Notes: generated from the letters alone by a model not told the origin. A stretch of 64,000 nucleotides of DNA from Eledone cirrhosa (GCA_964016885.1 OZ024741.1:34286001-34350000), one strand, 5' to 3'. Positions 26,412 through 39,098 are shown, numbered from the stretch's first letter. Numbers and translations: made by a program.

Positions 26412-28985
26412 CTCGCAGTAGCTCATCTCTTTTAGCCTCTCACAGTAGCTCATCTCTCACAATCCCTCACAGTAGCTCATCTCTCACAGTCCCTCACAGT
26501 AGCTCATCTCTCACAGTCACTCACAGTAGCTCATCTCTCACAGTAGCTCATCTCTTACAGTCGCTCACAGTAGCTCATCTCTTTTAGCCTCTCACAGTAG
26601 CTCATCTCTCACAGTCCCTCACAGTAGCTCAACTCTTACAGTCGCTCACAGTAGCTCATCTCTTTTAGCCTCTCACAGTAGCTCATCTCTCACAGTCCCT
26701 CACAGTAGCTCATCTCTCACAGTCCCTCACAGTAGCTCATCTCTCACAGTAGCTCACCTCTTTCACCCCCTCACAGTAGCTCATCTCTTTCACCCCCTCA
26801 CAGTAGCTCATCTCTTTTAGCCTTTCACAGTAGCTCATCTCTTTTAGCCTCTCACAGTAGCTCATCTCTTTCAGCATTTCACAGTAGCTCATCTCTCACA
26901 GTCCCTCACAGTAGCTCATCTCTTTTAGCCACTCACAGTAGCTCATCTCTTTCAGCCCCTTGCAGTAGCTCATCTATTTCAGTCCCTCACAGTAGCTCAT
27001 CTCTTTTAGCCTTTCACAGTAGCTCATCTCTTTTAGCCTCTCACAGTAGCTCATCTCTTTCAGCATTTCACAGTAGCTCATCTCTCACAGTCCCTCACAG
27101 TAGCTCATCTCTTTTAGCCTCTCACAGTAGCTCATCTCTTTTAGCCTCTCACAGAAGCTCATCTTTCACAGCCCCTCACAGTAGCTCATCTCTTTTAGCC
27201 TCTCACAGTAGCTCATCTCTTTCAGCCTCTCACAGTAGCTCATCTCTTTCAGCCTCTCATAGTAGCTCATCTCTTTCAGCCCCTCACAGTAGCTCATCTC
27301 TCACAGTCACTCACAGTAGCTCATCTCTCACAGTAGCTCATGTCTTTCAGCCTCTCACAGTAGTTCATCTCTTTTAGCCTCTCACAGTGGCTCATCTCTT
27401 TCAGCCTCTCACAGTAGCATTTCTCTGACAGCCCCTCACAGTAGCTCATCTCTTTTAGCCTCTCACAGTCCCTCACAGTAGCTCATCTCTTTCAGCCTCT
27501 CACAGTAGCTCATCTCTTTCAGCCTCTCACAGTAGCTCATCTCTTTCAGCCTCTCACAACAGCTCATCTCTTTTCGCCTCTCACAGTCCCTCACAGTAGC
27601 TCATCTCTTTCAGTCTCTCACAGTAGCTCATCTCTTTTAGCCTCTCACAGTAGCTCATCTCTTTCAGCCTCTCACAGTAGCTCATCTCTTTCAGCCTCTC
27701 ACAGTAGCTCATCTCTTTCAGCCTCCCACAGTAGCTCATCTCTTTTAGCCTCTCACAGTAGCTCATCTCTCACAGTCCCTCACAGTAGCCCATCTCTTTC
27801 AACCCTTCACAGTAGCTCATCTCTCACAGTCCCTCACAGTAGCTCATCTCTTTTAGCCCCTCACAGTAGCTCATCTCTTTCAGCCTCTCACAGTAGCTCA
27901 TCTCTTTCAGTCCCTCACAGTAGCTCATCTCTCACAGTCCCTCACAGTAGCTCATCTCTTTCAGTCCCTCAAAGTAGCTCATCTCTTTCAGTCCCTCAAA
28001 GTAGCTCATCTCTTTCAGTCCCTCAAAGTAGCTCATCTCTTTCAGCCTCTCACAGTAGCTCATCTCTTTCAGCCTCTCACAGTAGCTCATCTCTTTTAGC
28101 CTCTCACAGTAGCTCATCTCTTTCAGCCTCTCACAGTAGCTCATCTCTCACAGTCCCTCACAGTAGCCCATCTCTTTCAACCCCTCACAGTAGCTCATCT
28201 CTTTCAACCCCTCACAGTAGCTCATCTCTTTCAACCCCTCACAGTAGCTCATCTCTTTCAGCCCCTCACAGTAGCTCATCTCTTTCAGCCTCTCACAGTA
28301 GCTCATCTCTTTCAGTCCCTCAAAGTAGCTCATCTCTTTCAGTCCCTCAAGGTAGCTCATCTCTTTCAGCCTCTCACTGTAGCTCATCTCTCTCAGCCTC
28401 TCACAGTAGCTCATGTTTTTCAACCTCTCACAGTAGCTCATCTCTCACAGTCCCTCACAGTAGCTCATCTCTTTCAGTCCCTCAAAGTAGCTCATCTCTT
28501 TCAGTCCCTCAAAGTAGCTCATCTCTTTCAGTCCCTCAAAGTAGCTCATCTCTTTCAGCCTCTCACAGTAGCTCATCTCTTTCAGCCTCTCACAGTAGCT
28601 CATCTCTTTTAGCCTCTCACAGTAGCTCATCTCTTTCAGCCTCTCACAGTAGCTCATCTCTCACAGTCCCTCACAGTAGCCCATCTCTTTCAACCCCTCA
28701 CAGTAGCTCATCTCTTTCAACCCCTCACAGTAGCTCATCTCTTTCAGCCTCTCACAGTAGCTCATCTCTTTCAGTCCCTCACAGTAGCTCATCTCTCACA
28801 GTCCCTCACAGTAGCTCATCTCTTTCAGTCCCTCAAAGTAGCTCATCTCTTTCAGTCCCTCACAGTAGCTCATCTCTTTCAGCCTCTCACTGTAGCTCAT
28901 CTCTCTCAGCCTCTCACAGTAGCTCATGTTTTTCAACCTCTCACAGTAGCTCATCTCTCACAGTCCCTCACAGTAGCTCATCTCT
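26412..28985. repeat. 27-bp minisatellite, ~95 units
   Basis: Consensus cagtagctcatctctttcagcctctca; minus strand reads (EMSYCERLK)n. Confidence 0.98.
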
Positions 28986-30301
28986 GTCACTGAAACAATT
29001 TTCTAGGTGTAGCTTTATAGAATTGCTTCAAGTTCCACAGTTAATTTGACACTGTGTATTGACCAGAGCTGTGAGCAATAATCCAAATGGCAAACATCAA
29101 ATGTCTTCGATAGTACCAGCATTGTCTCACAGTCTCTTGTCCTGAATGAAACTCAACTTATGGCATTTAAACGTCACTGTAGGAAAGTAGAATCAATAAG
29201 ATTCTTAATAGCCTGTACTACTTTGTATCATCAACATAGCTAGTGAGAGTAGCTGCCTGTACAAGCAAGGGTATACCTGAACAATATTAGCCACAAGACA
29301 GCTCCCTAAGTGACTTCCACTTAATATTGACGTTTGCTGTGAGAGGGTGTTATTGGCTGCAACAGCTTGGATTTTGTCTTTTAAGAAATCATGTAACCAT
29401 TCTCTTAGTTTTCCAACTATGCTGAGACCACATAGTTGTGATTCATGATCCACTTTAGTCCTTTGCAAAATCAAGATATATCATATCCATAATTGAGCTG
29501 TTTAGCAGCTGTTTCAATACCCAGACATAATATTATAACAGTTATGTAAAGCAGCTTTTTACCTGGTGAAAGCTGTGCTTGATGTTAATTAGTAAGTCAT
29601 TTTCTTCCAGAAACATGATCAGTTTCCTTCTGATAACATGTTTCATAACTTTGTTGATATGTGAGATCAGAGAGAAAGACTTATAAGTTTTAGTATCTGC
29701 TTTGCTTCCTTTTTGTGGATAGAACTTATGCCTTTGTTTAACTTTCCAGGGAGGTTGCCACTTATGAGAAAGCTTTGGAAGAGGGTCTGCAGTGGTTTTT
29801 CTATGGCTCATTTGCTGTTTTTTAGGAGTATTGATGGGAATCCATCTGGATCAGTAGTGGAATTAAGCTCATTTCACCTATGGCAGATATTACATCTTCC
29901 ATTTTACTGATGTAATAGATAGCTATCTCTTCTCTGTATAAAGTCGTGAAGTTGAAAAACTCATCTGGCATATTTATTTGGATGTGTCCCACCAGAGATG
30001 TGAAAACACTTCTATATTGCTTATTCATTATTTCACTTATTTTAGGGGATTTTGTAGTCAGTGAGCCATTTTCTTGGAACAATGACCTTATCTTGAAGCA
30101 GGCATTTTTGAAAATTTAAAGAAGACTTTAGGATTTGTTTTTATATTTTTTATAACCCTGGCTTCTCTTTCTGCTCTCTCCTTTACATGGGTTTGTTTAG
30201 GTTGATTTTCAATTTCAAGCAGTGCTTTCTTGTTTGAGGCAGAATTTTATGAATACCTCTCTTGGTGTCAACCCTTATCTATTTGAGTGTTTTATATTTA
30301 G

Positions 30302-30925
30302 GTAAGGTACATATCTTCACATTCCCCCTTCTCAAGTAAGGTACATAGATTTACGTATCCACCTTCTCAAGTAAGGTACATATCTTCACATGTCTACCTT
30401 CTCAATTAAGGTACAAATGTACATACCTTCACATGTCCACCTTCTCAAGTAAGGTACATATTTTCCCATTCCACCTTCTGAAGTAAGCTACATATTTTCC
30501 CATTCCACCTTCTGAAGTAAGGTACATATCTTCACATGTCCACCTTCTCATGTAAGGTACATATCTTCACATGTCCACCTTCTCATGTAAGGTACATATC
30601 TTCACATGTCCACCTTCTCATGTAAGGTACATATCTTCACATGTCCAGCTTCTCAAGTAAGGTACATATTTTCTTGTTCCACCTTCTCAAGTAAGGTACA
30701 TATCTTCACATGTCCACCTTCTCATGTAAGGTACATATCTTCACATGTCCACCTCATGTAATGTACATATCTTCACATGTCCAGCTTCTCAAGTAAGGTA
30801 CATATTTTCCCGTTTCACCTTCTCAAGTAAGGTACATATCTTCACATTCCACCTTCTCATGTAAGGTACATATCTTCACATTCCACCTTCTCATGTAAGG
30901 TACATATCTTCACATTCCACCTTCT
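30302..30925. repeat. 35-bp minisatellite, ~18 units
   Basis: Unit gtaaggtacatatcttcacatgtccaccttctcaa. Confidence 0.97.
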
Positions 30926-31012
30926 CAGCTGCTGGACTTCTGTTTATGTGGAATGTTAAACAAATATCTCTGCCTTAGGTAGAAATATCAAATATGGAAC
31001 AAAGAAACAAAT

Positions 31013-31018
<6 letters not shown>

Positions 31019-31102
<84 letters not shown>
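31019..31102. repeat. (CA)n microsatellite
   Basis: Direct reading. Confidence 0.97.
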
Positions 31103-31106
<4 letters not shown>

Positions 31107-31449
31107 TCGCACAAATATATCCGAATGTGGTTGACGGCTGAGAGAAAAGAGTACTCAATACCAAAGTAGAGTTTTAATATTATTGAATATGTATATATGC
31201 TTCCACACAGTTTCTGTCTACAAAGCTTCACGTGTAAGGCATTAGTCAGCCCCAGGTTATAGTGGAAGGCACTTCATCAAGGTGTCACACAGTGCAAGAA
31301 CCACATGACTGCAAAATGAACTCCTTAACCGCACAGCCATGTCTGCATTTGATATCCCATGTACATCTAAGCCATGCAAGCATGGAAAATAGACATTAAA
31401 CATTGGTAATGAAGATGATGATGGTGATATATATAATTTTGTGTCTGCC

Positions 31450-32120
31450 TTTCCAAATTTTCTCCAGTTCAGCTTCCCTCCTCCTGTCACATTCCTTTGC
31501 CATCTCCTCTGTAAGGTTCAGCTTCCTGAGATCAGCTCTCACCACTTCTACCCAGGTTTTCCTTGGTCTTCCTCTCCCATAGTTACCTACTATTCAAGAA
31601 CTCCTGGCACTCGTTCACTCAGTCATCGTCATCATCATCATCTACACACAATCTTCTTTCTTATTCATTAGCTTTTCCTTCAACTCATCTCTGCTTCGTT
31701 TTTCTTATACACTGACATTACACATCCTGCAGAGCATGGATGTGGACATAATTTCTTTCTAGTCTTCTCATGTGTTCTGTATTTAACCCATTACCATTTA
31801 TATTACTATAAACTTACTATTATATTTTCACGGTAAGGGCTTTACCTCACATAATTATCTCACATAATGTCAAATTTATGAGATTTTGATATTATTTATT
31901 TTGAGAACAATACCTTAACATCAGTATGAGCAGCCAGTTACAGCTGGTTTCAACAGAAAGAGGTGAGAGAATTCTGGCCGGATATGGCCAGTTTAAATGT
32001 TAAAGGGTTAACACCAATGTCTCACTACCCTGCAACATGACATTTTATATGCAGGCATCCTATAGTCTATACTTTGCTTAGGGAGAGAACTCCTTTGTTG
32101 CCAGCTTCCTGAACTCTCTC
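31450..32120 (-). mobile_element. decayed RTE fragment split by a TTAA MITE
   Basis: Minus strand YRLQDACI..QGSETLVLN|TEHMRRLERN continues across the insertion. Confidence 0.7.
31787..32007. mobile_element. piggyBac-type MITE, family 1
   Basis: TTAA|CCC.TTA.CATTTA ... TAAATG.TAAAGGG|TTAA; TTAA duplicated; copies at ~52150-52354 and 53887-54107. Confidence 0.85.
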
Positions 32121-32502
32121 TCACACACAAACACGCATATATGTTCGTTTGAAGCTGATGATTCACTTTATATCATGAAAATAAGTGTGGATATATAGAT
32201 TATTTTGAAGATGCCCTGCCTGTAAAGAGTACTGAATGACCTCCGTTGGTGCTGAATAGTATTTGTGTACAAGTGTGTATGTTTGTGTGTGTGTTTCCTT
32301 AATGTGAGAAACAACAACTTGTATATGTGTATGTAACTTCACACATATATGTGTGTATGTAACTTCACATATATATGTGTGTATGTAACTTCACACATAT
32401 ATGTGTGCATGTTTGTCTGTGCTTTTGTGCGTATTGTTCAACCCTAGGTAGACATTCAAATAATGTGAATAATAATATGCAAATGTGTGTGTGGGTGTAT
32501 AT

Positions 32503-32550
<48 letters not shown>

Positions 32551-32552
<2 letters not shown>

Positions 32553-33798
32553 TCATCATCATCATCACTGTTTTACGTCCGTTCTGCCACGCTAGCATGG
32601 GTTAGACGGGTTGTCCTGTTGTGGGCAGTGTCTGGTCGGCTGACCATGCCTTGCTCATACAGGAACTGATTTGGCTTGATTTCTACAGCTGGATGCCCTT
32701 CCTAACACCAACCTCATTTACAGTGAGTGCTGGGTGCTTTTTCGTGGCGCCTACACATCCACTTTACAGTGTGGGCTGGGTGCTTTTTTGCCCTGGCACC
32801 TCCACAACCACCTTGCAGTGGGAGGGTGTGGGGGCATATTGTCTATATGCCTCAGCTTGTACCCATGGGAGGTCGGGTACTCTGTATTACTGCGTGATGC
32901 CAGAGGTCACGGTCGTGTGTCATCGCCTTGCAGAGGTGTAATTGGGTAAGGTTGGCTTTTATCACCTCATCTTGGGTCTCGCCACTCCATGGTTTCCATT
33001 GACTTCTAGTGCTCTGCACCTTTTTATGCAGCTGTCATCCTTCATACGCATCACATGTCCATACCAACGCAACCGCCTTTCCTGCACACAGCATTTGATT
33101 CCTCTTATGCTCAGTCTCAATTCATTTATGCTTTGTCGGTCGCGTATATTACTATTACACATCCATCGGAGCATGCAGGCTTCGTTTCTCTCTAATCTAC
33201 GTAAGTCTTCCACCTTCAGCACCCAGGTCTCACTACCATGTAACATTGCTGTTCGGATACACGCATCATACAGTCTGCCTTTCATTTTGAGGGAGAAGCC
33301 TTTTGCAGCTAGCAGTGGCAGTAGTTCCCTGAACTTCTTCCATCCCGTTCTTACCCTAGTTATTGTACTTTCTGAACACCCACCTCCGCTGCTAATTCGG
33401 TCACCTAGGTAGCAGAAGCTGTCTACTGTATCTACAGAGCCCTCCCAGAGATTGGTGGTACTTGTTTCCTGTGGATGTTTGCTGCTTGCTGTCCCGGTAC
33501 AGCTGCTGCTTGTGAAGCCTACATTCTTAATTAAGCTTCCTGAGATCCCGCTACATCTCTTGTGTACCCATTGTTTGCATTTGGGGCATAGAATGGAGTT
33601 CCTACGTACTGAGCAAGGCCATTTCCCTGAGGGGATCTGGGTTCTGTTTTCTCGTCTACTTACAAGGACCTTAGTCTTTGTCATGTTGACTTTGAGACCC
33701 TTTCTTTCTAGTTCCTGCTTCCAAGTTTGGAATTTCTTCTCTAGTTCCACCATAGATTCAGCTATAAGTGCGAGGTCATCAGCATACAGGAGTTCCCA
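32551..33798 (-). mobile_element. 5'-truncated RTE LINE (long-3'UTR lineage): RT C-terminal half plus 3'UTR
   Basis: WELLYADDLAL...GLKVNMTKTKVL...FCYLGD...AMLHGSETW...RRLRWYGHVMR (ORF 32962-33753); ~300-bp UTR and (GAT)n tail abutting (TA)n. Confidence 0.95.
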
Positions 33799-33810
33799 TA
33801 TATATATATA

Positions 33811-34595
33811 TCATCATCATCATCATCATTTTACGTCCGCTTTTCCCTGCTTGCAAGGGTGGGACGGGTCTTATTCAGCACAGCATCTCTCCACTCGTCA
33901 TCTCCACCGTGAGCTTCAATGATCTGAGGTCTGTTCTCACCACCTCCGCCCATGTTTTTCGTGGTCTACCTCTACCACGTCTTCCTTCAACTGGCATTTC
34001 CTGGCACTTCTTCACCCATCGGTCATCCTCCATGCGCATCACATGTCCATACCACCTGAGTCTCCTCTCCCGTACACTACATTCTATCCCTCTCAGACAC
34101 AGTTTCTCTCTCAACACATTTATGCTGGGTCATTCACGCACATTTACACTGCACATCCAACGGAGCATGCTTGCCTCATTTCTCTCCAGCCGTTGCATAT
34201 CCTCTGCAGTTGCTGCCCGTGTCTCACAACCATGCAGCATCGCGCTCCTCACACAGGCATCATACAACCGGCCTTTCGTATGCAGGGAGAAACCCTTCTT
34301 CGTCAACAGAGGAAGCAGCTCCCTAAACTTCTTCCAACCCGTCCTTATTCTAGATACTATGTCCTCGGAACACCCTCCTCCCATGCTAATCTGATCTCCT
34401 AGGTACCGGAAGCTATCCACCACTTCTATAGTGCCCTCCTGCATCTGAAAAATGTGTCTATCAATGCGACTTCTACTGTCTAATTTCCCTGTACATCTAC
34501 TGCATACATATTTCTCCCTACCTGTTAGTTTGCCTGCTATCCCGCTACATCTCTTGTGTACCCAGGATCTGCATTGTGTGCATTTTATAGAATTT
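33811..34595 (-). mobile_element. 5'-truncated RTE LINE (short-tail lineage)
   Basis: [16 protein letters not shown]...FRYLGD...RRLRWYGHVMR...GRPRKTW, followed directly by the tail and (GAT)n. Confidence 0.95.
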
Positions 34596-34612
34596 ATGTA
34601 TATATATATATG

Positions 34613-34646
<34 letters not shown>

Positions 34647-34796
34647 TTATGTATATGTATATATATATATATTATGTATATATATATGTATATTTATATA
34701 TATATGTATATATATATTATGTATATATATGTATGTATATATATGTATATATATATATTATGTATATATATATGTATATATATATGTATATATATT

Positions 34797-34925
34797 TAAT
34801 ACATTAACAGAGAAAGCTTTAAGCAATACTCAGACCGGCTTCCATCTCACTCAACAAACATTAGGATTTACCTTAGTATAATCCCAATTTTACGTTTGGG
34901 GTGCTAACTATATGTATTTTGCGGA
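34797..34925. mobile_element. unclassified ~130-bp (TA)n-embedded repeat
   Basis: Inverted homologue at 52848-52980; both lie inside (TA)n tracts. Confidence 0.7.
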
Positions 34926-34966
34926 TAGCCAGTTGTATTATTTTATATGAGACATAATTAAAATAC

Positions 34967-35037
<71 letters not shown>

Positions 35038-35146
35038 TATATATATACATATATATTCATATATATATATATACATATATATATCTATATATATACATAA
35101 TATATACATATATATATATACATAATATATACATATATATATATAC

Positions 35147-35256
<110 letters not shown>

Positions 35257-35317
35257 ATATATATATATAGAGAGAGAAAGGATAAAAAGGCCGATTGATT
35301 ATTCCTTCATTGCATAA

Positions 35318-35706
35318 TACAAAGTAAAACCTACTACTACAGTCAGTAGGCATCTCTAACAAAATACACCCCCGTCCCACCACCCCCACCCTATCCACAC
35401 CGCCCCTTTCAATGTAAAGTTATGTTGGTGCCACAACATCCAGGCCGAAACAAATGAGATCGTGTAGGTGTCACGTCAAAAAAACACACAGTTCACGCTG
35501 TAATGTGGCCGTGTAGGCAACACGGTAAAAACCTCCCAGACCCACACTGTAAATGTGGTTGGTGTTAGGAAGGGCATCCAGCTGTAGAAAACCCGCCAGA
35601 TAGTCCTATGCGAGCAAGATAATCACTCTTGCCTCAAGTGGGAAAACCCCCGTCCAAACTCATGCAAGCGTGGAACACGGACGTTAAACGATGATGATGA
35701 TGATGA
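35318..35706 (+). mobile_element. RTE long-3'UTR copy
   Basis: ggttggtgttaggaagggcatccagctgtag motif and RTE tail; matches 59855-60346. Confidence 0.9.
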
Positions 35707-35971
35707 TATATATATATATATATACAAAATAGGGAGCGCACAAGACAAAGACAATGGAAAAAAACAACGGGAAATCTTTAGGGTTTCGGTGTATTTATAT
35801 ATATATGTGTGTGTGTGCGTGTGTGTATACTCTCCCCCCACATCCGTCAATGATTCACACCATTATCAGTCAGTTTCACACACACTCACATACCTTGTGT
35901 GAAACTCTGAGTAACAATGGTGTGAATCACAAATTGCTTATTAACACACATATTCATATATATATATATAT

Positions 35972-36511
35972 AAAAATAGACGGTAGCCACGGAGTAGGCA
36001 GACCCAGAAAAACCTGGGACGACTTGATAAATTCTGATCTCACACACTTACACCTCTCCAAGACAATGTCACTGGACCGAGATCTTTGGCGCTACACAGT
36101 AATGCAGAAGACCCGCCTTGCCTAAGTAGAAAGCAAAACCTACAGTCAGTAGGCACCTCTTAACCAAAATACACCCCCGTCCCACTACCCCCACCCATCT
36201 ACACCACCCCTTTCTCTGTAAAGTTATGTTGGTACCACAACATCCAGTCCGAAACAAATGAGGTCATGTAGGTTTCACGACAAAAAACACACAGTCCACA
36301 CTGTAATGTGGCCGTGTAGGTAACATAGTAAAAACCTCCCAGACCACACTGTAAATGTGGTTGGTGTTAGGAAGGGCATCCAGCCGTAGAATACCCGCCA
36401 GACAGTCCTATACGAGCAAGACAACCAATCTTGTCTCAAGTGGGAAAATTCCCGTCCAAACCCATGCAAGCGTGGAAGATGGACGTTAAACGATGATGTT
36501 GATGATGATGA
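35972..36511 (+). mobile_element. RTE 3' end (ORF C-terminus plus long UTR)
   Basis: KIDGSHGVGRPRKTWDDLINSDL...KTRLA*, then UTR and tail. Confidence 0.92.
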
Positions 36512-37114
36512 TATATAAACATTACTTCATGTGTGTCTGTGTTTATATTTGATGTTTTTTTATCTCCCTTAACTTAGCTATATGGCAAATAGACATTATT
36601 GAAATATGTAGCTTGAAAAAGTAAAAACTGGGGTCGATATGATTGACTAAGTCCTATGAAAGAAGTGCCCTAGCTTGGCTGCAGTCTAGCGACTAATCAG
36701 TAAATTAGTACACACAGAGACACACACAAGCAAACAATATACACATGTTTGTGTGCTGCTGTATGATACACCCATCCAGCTGTGACCTTTTACTGTGTTT
36801 TATGTTCACACCTACCTAAATTTGTAAAAGACACCATATGATATTTATATAGAGGAGGACAGTTTACTGTGATGTAGTCTACATCATTCTCTCCACTCTC
36901 TTGTCTCCACCTTTCACTTCCTGTCTCTTAAATTGTCCTTTCATGTTCCATACTATGATCTGGACTGAACAGTTCCAGGATATTTCAACATTAAACTGGG
37001 CTGCTGTCACCGTACCAACATCACTACATCAATGATTCTTTTATGTGGGGCTATCCTGGTGTATGGCTATTGTTTAACCCTTTTCATACCAACCTAGCTA
37101 AATCCATTTCTGGA

Positions 37115-37385
37115 TCATCATCATCATTATCGTTTAATGTCCTTTTTTTTCACGCTAGCATGTGTTCAACAAGTTGTCTCATTGTGATACAAGCTAGATC
37201 AGATGACCGTTCTTGCTCATACAGAACTGATTTGGGCTTGGTTTCTACAGCTGGGTGCCCTTCCTAACACCAAACATATTTATAGTGTGTGCTGGATGCT
37301 TTTTGTCATGACGCTTACACAACCACTTCACAGTGTGGACTGGGTACTTTTTGTCATGTCACCTACATGACCACTCTACAGTGTG
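37115..37385 (-). mobile_element. RTE long-3'UTR / SINE 3' half
   Basis: Same motif and tail on the minus strand. Confidence 0.8.
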
Positions 37386-38819
37386 GAAATAAAATAAAGC
37401 CTACAATCTCAGCTAGAGATCGAACCTGTAACTACTCTAAGGAAGCTACAAAGTTCAACCATCTTACCAACAGGACAAAACCACTCATATTAGAGGGTTC
37501 CTATTTAAAACATTTTAACATAATTGGAGCCTCTTGTTATGTTACAAGCTGAGTCAATAATCTGATCATCAGATTAAACCAACATTTCCTTTGATCTTTC
37601 CATTGCTGACACTATCTACCTGTTGCAACTCCTGGTAGTAGGGGCAACTTGAAATAAAGTGTCCTGCTCAAGAACGCAACATGCTGCCTAGTCCGTAAAT
37701 TGAACCCACAACTATGATTTGGGCTAGATACCTTAACCACTAGGCCTTTTGTCACTACGTTATTTATGTTACAAATACCATCTTAATGAAATTAATTAAT
37801 AATTTAAGTAAATCTTTCATTAATGGATAGTAATACAATAGCCAAAGCAGGTGAGAGACTAGAGTGGGAGCAGGGTCAGCCAGTTTGCATGCCCCTACAA
37901 TTTTTAGGGAGCCACTTACCTGTGTATGTGTGTGTGTATTGTGTCGGTGTATGTGTGTAAGTATGTGTTGTGTCTGTATGTGTAACAAAATACACTAAAA
38001 TAATTAATTACCTCCCTTTTATGTTTAAATCCTGCCAAGCCCTTCAACTTTCTCTAATAACTCACTTTTCATTGTTTTGGGGGTTTTTTTGAGGTCCACA
38101 AATAAAACCTCAATGACCCTGACCCAGCTGTAATTTATACATTGATCATGTATTTAGTACTAATTACTAAAATACTTAATGAATAGTTTGAAATAGTGTC
38201 TACATTTCACATCTGGCTTGTTATTATTACTGGATTTAGGGGCCTACATTTTACATCTGGTCTGGACCTATTACCAGCTTTTGTGAGGTGATATTTCACA
38301 ACTGGGCTGAGAGAGGAAAGTTACATTTCATATCTCGCCTGGACCTGTTACCAGCTATGATGGGGAGGGTTGATCCTAGGTCAGATTTATGACCAAAACA
38401 TTCCTAACTACAATATTCTATCTGTACTTCTCTTTTTAAGATAATAGAGTGTGATGTGAGGAAGATTTTACTGCTACTTTTAGCAGGTCGTGTGACTTTC
38501 GTCGTTGTTGATTAACCACTGTTGTGGACTCATCCAGCAGACTTAGAGAGATTATACCCAAGATCATCACCTTTTTTCCTCATGTATAATGTATCTAGGT
38601 TACATCATTTGAAGTTCTTTTTCTAAGATAGTGGTGTGTGAATTGAAGAAGGTATGGCTTCTATTTCTAGCAGGCTGAGTGGTTATATAGAAAATCTATC
38701 TCAACTGTTCACTATATTATTATATCCTGGGGGTTTTTGGCATCTTTAAAAACCTTTCTCCATTCTGAGGTCTGCGTGTATGTGTGAGAGATGGGGTTCA
38801 TGTTTCTCAAAGATGTTGA

Positions 38820-39040
38820 TAATAATAGTTTTTGATTTAGGCACAAGGCCAACAATTTTATGGGGAGGGGACAGTCAATTAAATCGACCCCAGTGCATTG
38901 CTGGTACTTTATTTTATCGAACCCCATAAGGATGAAAGGCAAAGCTAATCTCGGCTGGATTTGAACTCAGAATGTAAAGAGCTGTAACTCTATGCCACAA
39001 AGCATGTTGTCTAACGCTCTACCTGTACTACCAATCCAAA
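38820..39040 (-). mobile_element. tRNA-derived SINE (gcctttcatcctt.ggggtcgataaaataaagtaccag family)
   Basis: B-box gagttcaaatcc, conserved central block, (ATT)n tail. Confidence 0.85.
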
Positions 39041-39098
39041 TGAGTACTGGGTGCTGTTTGTTGTTACAGTGTGGGATGGGTGCATATATATATATATA

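Larger units (their letters stand above)
25500..30290 (-). mobile_element. old CR1-group LINE ORF2 remnant, interrupted by a MITE and a 27-bp array
   Basis: Ordered decayed motifs: IKTNPKVFFKF, NKQYRSVFT, YKSFSLISHINKVM (NYRPISLTS-like), KVDH, GKLREWLHDFL, EMSYCEKLKEIKVY, IWKILEGLAPNFGI. Confidence 0.85.

Noticed and set aside
27581-28657. (MSYCERLKE)n repeat protein
   Set aside because: The frame is broken by frequent TGA; it is a minisatellite inside a dead LINE.
37400-37485. tRNA gene on the minus strand (also the SINE heads elsewhere)
   Set aside because: Only A/B-box-like motifs are present; no complete cloverleaf could be folded.
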